This document shows positions 35,230 to 42,050 of a DNA stretch of 42,050 nucleotides, piece by piece. Numbering within the stretch: position 1 is the stretch's first letter; every line of letters starts with the position of its first letter. The notes under the pieces were generated by a model that was not told where the DNA came from, ran no database searches, and saw only the letters and a list, made by a program, of their open reading frames with translations. This DNA comes from Pirellulales bacterium (lineage in GTDB: Bacteria > Planctomycetota > Planctomycetia > Pirellulales > JAICIG01), in contig DASVGM010000709.1 of assembly GCA_036379555.1 (NCBI GenBank), positions 1-42,050 of the forward strand. The letters are read 5' to 3'. Made by a program: the position numbers and the translations under genes.

Positions 35230-35397
35230 CAGCGCACGATGACTGTGAGAAAACCTTCTTGTTCCGATACTTTCCAGGCTAATCCAAATACCGGCTTTCG
35301 GCCAGTAGTTCTCTTGACATCGTGGGCCGAACGATTAAACCGGAGCGACGGGGCGGCACACCGGAACCAACCAGAACCAGCCTTTTGGGGAGGCTTC

Positions 35398-36180
35398 ATG
35401 CCTGTTCGTCGTGGATTGACTCTTGTCGAGATTCTTGTTGTCGTCGCCATCATCGCCGTATTGGTAGCGTTGCTTTTGCCGGCGGTTCAGCATGCGCGCG
35501 AAGCGGCCCGGCGCATCGACTGCGCTTCGCATCTCAAGCAGATCGGCTTGGCCGTGCTGCAGTATTACGATGCGAACAAAGGGCAGTTTTTCTTGCATCA
35601 CCCCTTCGACGCCGACGTCATCTCCGAGGCCGGCCTGAGTGAATCGTTCGCCGAGATTTATTGGGAAGACAAGCTCATGCCGTTCATCGGCGGCGCGCAA
35701 GAGGCTGACGAGCGGCTGGCCAAAGCGGGCCAATGGGTGGCCGGCGAGCAGATTTATCGCTGCACCGACGACCTTTCCGTCCGGGCGCCTTACATCAATC
35801 CCGACACCGGGCAGGTGGACGGCATCGCCAACCGCACAAGTTACCTACTCAACTCACAGCTCAGCCACAAAACGCGGCGCTACGGCCAGTGGACGCTCTA
35901 TCGCTTTAGCTTTGACGTGGGCACCTCTAACTTTTTATCGTTCTCTGAACGCGACGCCGACGGCGTTTTGGCGGTGCCCGGCGGCGATCCGCGGCAAGAC
36001 GACTACGACATCTGGCTGGGTACGAAGGTTTTTCAACCTTGGATTGCCTGGCGTCGCCACTCGTCGCAAGCCAATTATCTGTACCTCGACGCGCACGTCA
36101 AAATGCTCGACTGGAGCGCGGCCGTGATCGACATGTTTCCTGACAAGAACGTCTTTGTCGATGACATGAGTTATCCGTAA
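35398..36180 (+). CDS. DUF1559 protein with a prepilin-type N-terminal cleavage/methylation motif
   Basis: The internal ATG is preceded by GGGGAGG. The N-terminus reads '[52 protein letters not shown]'. Confidence 0.85.
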   Translation: MPVRRGLTLVEILVVVAIIAVLVALLLPAVQHAREAARRIDCASHLKQIGLAVLQYYDANKGQFFLHHPFDADVISEAGLSESFAEIYWEDKLMPFIGGAQEADERLAKAGQWVAGEQIYRCTDDLSVRAPYINPDTGQVDGIANRTSYLLNSQLSHKTRRYGQWTLYRFSFDVGTSNFLSFSERDADGVLAVPGGDPRQDDYDIWLGTKVFQPWIAWRRHSSQANYLYLDAHVKMLDWSAAVIDMFPDKNVFVDDMSYP

Positions 36181-36237
36181 GCGGAGTTTAGCCGTGTGCG
36201 CGATCGTGGGGCGGGCCGCCGGCCCGCCGCACATCGG

Positions 36238-39200
36238 TTACTCGCGCTTTTGTGCTTGCGCGGGTTGGGGCTTTTCCACGACGAACCGCAGGTTTTGCGA
36301 GCCTGCCGCGATTTGACCCAACAAACGCTTTCGGTGGTCGAACCCGCCAAAAGTTTGCCAAACCCGCGCATCGCCGGCCGGCAATCCGCGCAGTTGAAAC
36401 CGCCCTTCATGATCGGTGATTTGCACCGCGGTTGCCGCGCTATAGTGCATGTCCGCCAACGCGGACTTTGCCTGGACCAGCGCGCCGACGACCGGTTGGC
36501 CGTCGGCATCGACCAGTACGCCGGAAACATCCCGGTCGGCCCGCGGCAACACGATGTCGCCCAGCGCGTGGTTTTCGCCGGTCGTGGGAATAAACGGATC
36601 GTCCGCTTTGACGGCGTAACCCTCGGCGCGTGCTTCCATTGAGTATTTCACGCCGGGAAGCAGCCCCGCAAGTTCAAACCGGCCCTCCGCGTCGGTCGCC
36701 AGCGGTTCCTGATCGACATGGCCATATCCGCCTTGCCAGTGGCGCAGCCAGACCACCGCGGCCAGCGCCTGGTGTTGGTCGTCGGTCACGCGGCCCGACG
36801 CGACAGCCAGCGATTGGGCTTTGATTTCCAACGCGGGTTGCTTGTTTTCAAGTCGCGACAAGAGAACAAAGGCGCCCAGGCCGCGCTGGCGATCGACTAC
36901 GCGCACGCCATATTCGAGTGATGGATCAAGATCCTCAAACGCGAAGGCGCCGGTGACATCACTTGTGGTGCGCACGGGCGGCAGCGTCATGCCGGAGCCG
37001 CCTTGTTTTCCGAAGCCTTGATAGAGAACCTCGGCGCCCGCCATCGGCTTGCCATCAGCGTCAACCACGCGCCCCGTCACAGCGGCGTTTGGCTTGGATT
37101 GCAATTTGAAGATGACCTCCGCGTGCTGCTGCCCGGCTTGCACGTCGATGGGCTGATGGAACTCGGCGGGCGCCGCCGTCACCGGCCCGGACTGGTGGAA
37201 AGTCACATAACCGCGCACCGATCCAATGACGATCAGTTCGGCCTTGCCGGGCGGCACGGCGATGGAAAAGCGGCCGTCGGCGGCGCTTTCCACGCGTTCG
37301 ACGAAGGTTTCTGGATTGGTGCGAGAATCTCGCTTAGCAACATACCAGACCTCGCCACCGCCGATTCCCTTGCCGCTTTTGGCGTCGACGACTTGACCGC
37401 GCACTAACTCGCCACGCGACAACTGAACCACCTGCTCGACGTCATCATTGTCGCCCGACAGTACGACCTCGGACCTGGATCCCAGATAACGACCGCCCGG
37501 CGGAGGCGTAATCCGCAAAGAAACCTTTCCCGCCGCCAGACGCGTCAGCGTGAAACGTCCATCGGCATCGGTGATACCGTCCGGCGGGCTAAGGATCGGG
37601 GGATGGTTGAAGCCCGCGCCGACCGCCGGTTCGCCGGTATCGGCAAAGACCACCCGGCCCCGCAAGCGGTAGACGTGTTCCACTTCGATTTTGCAATACC
37701 ACGAGCGAACCGGCACACTGCGCGATTTGGCGTCACCAATCCATTCCGTCAACGTGTCTTGCGGCTCGTCGGTCGCGGCCATGACCGTCTCGCGCATCAG
37801 AAAGCGGTCGTCGTCGACCACGAGTGTCGCTCGAGCGCCGTCGGGCACGCAGCGCAGCGCGAAATAACCGTCGGCGTCGCTGACCGCCGATGGTGGCGCG
37901 CCGCACGATTCGAGATCGAGGTAGCTGGGCGTGTGCAAAAGGGGCCGCCAGGGGTCGCTTAGCGCGGCGAGCTCGCGCAGGCGCACGCGCGCGCCGGCAA
38001 CCGGCTTGCCATCGCGTTCCACGAGTTGACCCGCCACCTTCCGCTCGTCGGGCAGGCTCAGTTGCACCGGCGCGGTCGGCGCGGCCGCGAGGTGCCGCCA
38101 GGCGATGCCGCGGCCCGGCGCGATCGCAATCACGTCCAAGGGAAACGCATGATCTCGTCCCAGTTTTGGCTCAGGCAGATTAACGTCTTTGAATTCAAAA
38201 CGTCCGTCGACATCGGCGACGGTTTGCGCGACGTCGCGTGTCACGCTCGGTCGCCAACCGACCTCCGTGTGCGACCAACTGATAGGCGACTCGCGCAAAT
38301 ACACCTTGGCGCCCGCAACGGCCAAGCCCTGCGCGAGCACTCGTCCAGTAAATGAAACCGTGTGTCCCGCGCGTGGCGAATTATCATCGGCCGCCGATAC
38401 GGCGAGGTGAAACGATGGCAGCGAGAGAGAAACGGCCAGCGCCAGCATCAGCACGGCGACCGCCGCCCGGCTGCGGAGCGAACAGTTCGGCGCCACTTCA
38501 AAATCGCGGTCCAGCAACAGCGCCACGCGGCGCTTGATTTGCGATGGTCTTTCCCACATCGCCAACGCGCCGTTGAATCGTGGCGAATCGCCCGGCGCCA
38601 TCCGCGCCCAATTCAGCAGCGTTTCGGCATAGGCCACGCGGCCCACCCGCCGCGCCGCGGCGGCGTCGGCCAGTTCTTCTTGCGCTGCGCCGATCGCGCG
38701 CCTCAGCCACCAATAAAGCGGCTGCCAGATCAGCAACGGCAATAACAACCGCAAAAGCGCCAAGAGCCATAAATCGCCATGCCGGATATGGGCGAGTTCG
38801 TGGGAGATCGCCGCTTCAAGCTCTGCCGGCGCCGCTGAGGCGGCGTAGCGCTCTGGCAAGATAATCACCGGCCTAAAGAGTCTCATCGCCAGCGGTATGG
38901 CGACATCGGCGTTGACAAGCAGCCGCGGCTTTTTGCCGGACGCTTGATCGGCGCGGCGTAGCAATTCGTTCAAATATTCGTCCGCATGCGATGACCGGCG
39001 CCGCAATCGGATGGCTTGCGCCGCGCCGATGAGCAGCCAGACGTTGGCCGCGATTGCTCCCACAACCAGCGCGGCGCCGACCGTCGCCGGATAATCCAGG
39101 TTGGCGAAACGCATACCCCCTGCGCTCGTTGACGTTTCGCCGGCGTTGGGCGAGGCCAGAGACGTGGCGCCGTCGATCCGTTGGTCCGAGGCGGATTCAG

Positions 39201-39525
39201 CGGCGGCAGGCGCGGCCTCGCCGGTGAAAGAGGGCCCGCCACCATCGGGGGCAGTTTCGGTTGGTTCGTTCGTCGCCGCCGATACCACGGCCGCTCGCTC
39301 AAACGCTTCGCGCGGCGGCCGACGCCACGCGATGCGCGGCCAGCCGGGCAACATAGTCAACACCGCGAGCAGCGCCAGGCCGGCCGCCGCGGACCAGCCG
39401 ATCGCCAACCGCCGCGCCGGCTGCCGAACGCGCCGGAAGAAGGAGACGGCCACCAGCAGCAGCATAAACGCCGAAACGTGAAAGTCGATGCCCCACCAGC
39501 CAATCGATTGTAAAATGGAAAACAT
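36238..39525 (-). CDS. BlaR1-like M56 membrane metallopeptidase with seven carboxypeptidase-regulatory-like beta-sandwich repeats in place of a penicillin-binding sensor
   Basis: HExxH in 'AISHELAHIRHGD', after 4 N-terminal TM segments. The C-terminal ~700 aa contains 7 units with the G-x-V-x-D-x-x-G-x-P-x-x-G-A-x-V pattern, for example 'VTGRVVDADGKPMAGAEVLY', 'VSGVLVDADGQPVVGALVQA' and 'VAGQLVERDGKPVAGARVRL'. The ATG at 39525 is preceded by GAGGGAG, 31 nt after the blaI stop. Confidence 0.8.
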   Translation of the reverse strand: MFSILQSIGWWGIDFHVSAFMLLLVAVSFFRRVRQPARRLAIGWSAAAGLALLAVLTMLPGWPRIAWRRPPREAFERAAVVSAATNEPTETAPDGGGPSFTGEAAPAAAESASDQRIDGATSLASPNAGETSTSAGGMRFANLDYPATVGAALVVGAIAANVWLLIGAAQAIRLRRRSSHADEYLNELLRRADQASGKKPRLLVNADVAIPLAMRLFRPVIILPERYAASAAPAELEAAISHELAHIRHGDLWLLALLRLLLPLLIWQPLYWWLRRAIGAAQEELADAAAARRVGRVAYAETLLNWARMAPGDSPRFNGALAMWERPSQIKRRVALLLDRDFEVAPNCSLRSRAAVAVLMLALAVSLSLPSFHLAVSAADDNSPRAGHTVSFTGRVLAQGLAVAGAKVYLRESPISWSHTEVGWRPSVTRDVAQTVADVDGRFEFKDVNLPEPKLGRDHAFPLDVIAIAPGRGIAWRHLAAAPTAPVQLSLPDERKVAGQLVERDGKPVAGARVRLRELAALSDPWRPLLHTPSYLDLESCGAPPSAVSDADGYFALRCVPDGARATLVVDDDRFLMRETVMAATDEPQDTLTEWIGDAKSRSVPVRSWYCKIEVEHVYRLRGRVVFADTGEPAVGAGFNHPPILSPPDGITDADGRFTLTRLAAGKVSLRITPPPGGRYLGSRSEVVLSGDNDDVEQVVQLSRGELVRGQVVDAKSGKGIGGGEVWYVAKRDSRTNPETFVERVESAADGRFSIAVPPGKAELIVIGSVRGYVTFHQSGPVTAAPAEFHQPIDVQAGQQHAEVIFKLQSKPNAAVTGRVVDADGKPMAGAEVLYQGFGKQGGSGMTLPPVRTTSDVTGAFAFEDLDPSLEYGVRVVDRQRGLGAFVLLSRLENKQPALEIKAQSLAVASGRVTDDQHQALAAVVWLRHWQGGYGHVDQEPLATDAEGRFELAGLLPGVKYSMEARAEGYAVKADDPFIPTTGENHALGDIVLPRADRDVSGVLVDADGQPVVGALVQAKSALADMHYSAATAVQITDHEGRFQLRGLPAGDARVWQTFGGFDHRKRLLGQIAAGSQNLRFVVEKPQPAQAQKRE

Positions 39526-39556
39526 CGTCGCACTCCCTCGATTCAATAAACCGTTA

Positions 39557-39961
39557 TCATTTTCGCCGCCGCTTGGGTGTTTGCGTTTGCCGTTTCGCGT
39601 CCGCAATCATCTTTTCCAGTTCTGTGAATTCAGCCTCGCTGAGCCGCCGCGATTCGATGGCACGGGCCACGTATTCGCCCAGCGCTCCATCGAACACCGA
39701 ATCCAGAAAGCCGCGAGCCAACGCGCTCAGCGTGCGATCGCGTTCGATGCGGGCGCGATAGACGTAAGCCTTGCCTGACGACTCATGGTCGACGAGGCCT
39801 TTTTGCTCCATGATCTGCAGCAGCGACAGCACGGTGGTATAGGCCGTTTCCCGTCCATCCGAGCCGAGCGCCTCGTGAATTTCGCGCACGGTGGCGCGGC
39901 CGCGCCGCCAAAGCGCCTTCAGGATTTCCAACTCACGGCCGGTGGGAACCGGTTTGCTCAT
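39557..39961 (-). CDS. BlaI/MecI/CopY-family transcriptional repressor
   Basis: 'ELEILKALWRRGRATVREIHEAL...ETAYTTVLSLLQIMEQKGLVDHESSGKAYVYRA' is the Penicillinase_R winged-helix pattern at 134 aa. Confidence 0.9.
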   Translation of the reverse strand: MSKPVPTGRELEILKALWRRGRATVREIHEALGSDGRETAYTTVLSLLQIMEQKGLVDHESSGKAYVYRARIERDRTLSALARGFLDSVFDGALGEYVARAIESRRLSEAEFTELEKMIADAKRQTQTPKRRRK

Positions 39962-39975
39962 TTCGCGGCCTTTAC

Positions 39976-40031
39976 TACTAAACGGTTAGTAACAACCATT
40001 GTCAATATACTAATCGTCTAGTAGATGTCAA
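39976..40031 (-). promoter_or_regulatory. Consensus-like promoter with two TACTA-N6-TAGTA inverted-repeat operators upstream of the blaI-like gene
   Basis: The minus strand reads TTGACA (40031-40026), a 16-nt spacer, then TATATT (40009-40004). The palindromes are TACTAAACGGTTAGTA (39976-39991) and TACTAATCGTCTAGTA (40008-40023), with centres 32 bp apart. One overlaps the spacer/-10 and the other lies just downstream of the predicted start site. Confidence 0.6.
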
Positions 40032-40303
40032 GCGGATGGCGAAGGAAAACCCGATCTGGGGCTAGGAACGGATTCAAGGGGCGCTCGCGAATCTCGGCCA
40101 CGAGATTTCGGACACCACGGTGGGGAACATTCTGAAGGCGAACGGCATCGAGCCGGCGCCCGAGCGGAAGAGGACGACGACGTGGTCGACTTTTATCAAC
40201 GCGCACTGGGATGTTTTTGGCGGCGATCGACTTTACGACGATCGAAGTCTAAACAACGCGCGGGCTGGAGACGTTTTATCTCTTGTTCATGAGAATATTT
40301 TGA
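40024..40303 (+). pseudogene. Decayed N-terminal fragment of an integrase-core (rve/DDE) transposase
   Basis: It reads 'RMAKENPIWG*ERIQGALANLGHEISDTTVGNILKANGIEPAPERKRTTTWSTFINAHWDV'. After a frameshift it continues 'AAIDFTTIEV*TTRGLETFYLLF'. There are in-frame TAG and TAA stops where homologues have Tyr and Trp. There is no catalytic domain and no terminal repeats. Confidence 0.7.
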
Positions 40304-40356
40304 CCCCACGCGCTGACCTGCGAACAGAAATGCCGAGCAAATACGAAGCGGGCAGG

Positions 40357-41523
40357 CTACCGCTGTTTCGTCTCTCGCGGTCGCCCGGCCATGAGTCGAG
40401 TCTGAGAGGGCTGTCCCGCAGGTGGCGCCGTGGCGATCCAGTCGGCGAGCACTTCGCGGCCGAGGCGACGGGCAAGTCGCGGGCCAGCCTCCGGCAGCAG
40501 GTGCTGCCCATCGGCAAAGTCTTCGCTGGCACACCAATCGGTCGCATCGATAATGGGCGCGCCATACTCGTCGCTGAGCGCGGCAAGATAACAACGCACC
40601 TCGCGCTGAGCCAGCGTGGCGCTGGCGTCGCGCATTTCTGCGGACTCCGGCATGAGCAACAAACTGACTTCGATCCGTTCGCGGCGGCACGTTTCCAGGA
40701 TGTCGCGCAGCGCGCGGTTGGTGCGGTCGCTCACCTCAAAATCTCGATAGCTTGCCCCGAAGGCCTCACAGCCCCATTGCGCACGTTGTTTGCGCAGTGC
40801 CGCATCGGGGCGCGGTCCCGGCGCCGGCACCCAGCCCGACGGCGTTGTTTTGTCGAGAGCGGTCCAATCGGGGATTGCCGGAGCAGACGCCCAGTGAGGG
40901 GCGATGCGCCGCATCAGTTCCGCGCGGAGCTGGAAACTGAAAGCCGCGCGATACCGCAACCAGGCGAGCCAATCTTGCCACGGATGGTCGACGTAACCGT
41001 GGAGCGCGCACATATCGGAAAAATCGCGGCGCTCGATGGCCGGGCGATGAGCGAGCATCAGGTTCGCCGCCACGTGCAGAAAACCCGGATGGATTTCCAA
41101 AACGAGCCATTGGGGCCGAATTCCTTCCGCCAGCAAACGGTGGAAATAAAGCATCTCATAAATAGGACCGCCGGCAAGAATGCCAAAATTGTAAGCCAGC
41201 GGCGCATCTCGGTCAGTCAACGCCTCGTCGGCCGCCACGCCGTAGGCCGTTCGCGAACTGCCCAAAAAAATGAGCAACGGACGCCCGGGCGATTCACGCC
41301 GCCGCGCTTGTAGATAGGCGATTTTGCGGCTGTATTCCGAGTCGCGCAGGTCCGGGACGATAGAATCGACGACCGCCGACGTCAGCGCCTGAATCAGGAC
41401 AAAACCGCACAAAGCGCAGGCCAGCGTCGACGCGGCGCGGCACCGCGTGGACGACCGTCGCTTGGGGTTGGGCGCCGGTGCGCCAACGCTCGGCCGGCAA
41501 TGTAGGCGAGTAGCATTCTCCAT
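40357..41523 (-). CDS. Hypothetical membrane-anchored protein (possibly SGNH/DUF1574-like)
   Basis: N-terminal TM 'ACALCGFVLIQALTSAVV', then 'PLLIFLGSSRTAYGV'. The composition is protein-like, unlike the Arg-rich antisense ORF 40120..41313. The functional call is weak. Confidence 0.5.
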   Translation of the reverse strand: MENATRLHCRPSVGAPAPNPKRRSSTRCRAASTLACALCGFVLIQALTSAVVDSIVPDLRDSEYSRKIAYLQARRRESPGRPLLIFLGSSRTAYGVAADEALTDRDAPLAYNFGILAGGPIYEMLYFHRLLAEGIRPQWLVLEIHPGFLHVAANLMLAHRPAIERRDFSDMCALHGYVDHPWQDWLAWLRYRAAFSFQLRAELMRRIAPHWASAPAIPDWTALDKTTPSGWVPAPGPRPDAALRKQRAQWGCEAFGASYRDFEVSDRTNRALRDILETCRRERIEVSLLLMPESAEMRDASATLAQREVRCYLAALSDEYGAPIIDATDWCASEDFADGQHLLPEAGPRLARRLGREVLADWIATAPPAGQPSQTRLMAGRPRETKQR

Positions 41524-41544
41524 AGCCGGTGGGAAACGACCTGT

Positions 41545-42050
41545 TTACACCTTCGCGATGCGCGATTTCCAACGCTTATAGTCGTCGGGGGTGTCCAGGT
41601 CGAGGCCAATCGCCGCCGTTCCACATTCGACCGGCACGGCGTCGGCTTGTTCCACGAGGCGATTCAACCCCTCGTCATCGGCCAAAGCGGCGATCTTCGC
41701 CGCCCAGGACCACGGAAACAAAACCGGATGCCCGGCGCGGTCTTGGTGCGCCGCCACCAGCACTTGCGGCCGGCGCGGGTCGTACGCGGCCAGCAAACGC
41801 CGCCCCGCCTCGGCGCTCAACGAAGGCAAATCGGCCGGGGCCGTCAGCCAGACATCTCGCTTTCGCGGCCTTTCCACGCGCGCGATGTACTCAAGTCCCG
41901 CGCGTACCGAAGCCTTCATATCGGCCGGCGGCGGATCGGCCGTCACCACCGTCGCGCCGGTGGAGGCAACCAGCCTGGCTAGCTCGGAGTCGTCCGCGCG
42001 CAACACGACGAGCACCCGATCAATGCCCGACCGCTGCCAGGCGCTGATGG
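41545..42050 (-). CDS. MobA/MocA-like nucleotidyltransferase (NTP_transf_3), N-terminus outside the window
   Basis: The frame stays open to the window edge ('ISAWQRSGIDRVLVVLRADD...'). 'VWLTAPADLPSLS', 'AGHPVLFPW' and 'VECGTAAIGLDLDTPDDY' resemble molybdenum-cofactor cytidylyl/guanylyl-transferase family proteins. Confidence 0.6.
   Translation of the reverse strand, partial: ISAWQRSGIDRVLVVLRADDSELARLVASTGATVVTADPPPADMKASVRAGLEYIARVERPRKRDVWLTAPADLPSLSAEAGRRLLAAYDPRRPQVLVAAHQDRAGHPVLFPWSWAAKIAALADDEGLNRLVEQADAVPVECGTAAIGLDLDTPDDYKRWKSRIAKV

Noticed and set aside
35314-35341. Promoter for the second DUF1559 gene (TTGACA at 35314-35319).
   Set aside because: The -35 is perfect, but the best -10 candidate (TAAACC/TTAAAC) is poor, so I did not annotate it.
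1-42050. CRISPR arrays, prophage, integron or conjugative element signatures, rRNA, RNase P, tmRNA or SRP RNAs.
   Set aside because: There are no regularly spaced direct repeats with unique spacers, no phage, integrase or conjugation genes beyond the decayed relics, and none of the conserved RNA core motifs I scanned for.

Overview
High-GC chromosomal segment. It most likely comes from a Planctomycetota (Pirellulales-like) genome. This is inferred from two DUF1559 prepilin-like genes, a BlaR1-like M56 protein with carboxypeptidase-regulatory-like repeats, Pro/Ala-rich membrane proteins, and palindromic intergenic repeats of the kind that translate to SGDxSPHSK-like junk ORFs.

I can support about 30 protein-coding genes:
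- Metal and ion handling: a 5'-truncated CusA/CzcA RND pump, a P1B-type ATPase, an OprO/P porin and an 11-loop EF-hand lipoprotein.
- Housekeeping: selB, rimO, pgsA, rpmB-gatC-gatA and menC.
- Regulatory pairs: blaI/blaR1-like, and a ModE-HTH::ModA fusion divergent from an NnrS-like membrane protein.
- Others: a MoxR AAA+ ATPase preceded by a 1231-aa membrane-anchored low-complexity helical protein, a gingipain-like (C25) secreted peptidase, a nucleoside hydrolase, and several Planctomycete-style hypothetical proteins.

I found no rRNA, tRNA, CRISPR array, prophage or intact mobile element. There are three decayed or truncated relics: an rve-type transposase fragment, an Rpn/DUF4351 C-terminal fragment, and an unidentified frameshifted relic.

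The non-coding space is unusually structured. At least four families of palindromic repeats are present, several with GNRA or UUCG loops. A TTCAGGG heptamer array lies inside a CDS.

No region is an unambiguous new system. The best candidates for unexplored biology are:
1. The blaI/blaR1-like switch, with a seven-repeat beta-sandwich ectodomain and a readable dual-operator promoter.
2. The pgsA - giant protein - moxR arrangement, which lacks the usual DUF58/VWA partners.
3. The ModE::ModA one-component regulator paired with an NnrS protein that has two DUF1858-like domains.

All family calls come from motif recognition by eye. Start codons are best guesses.
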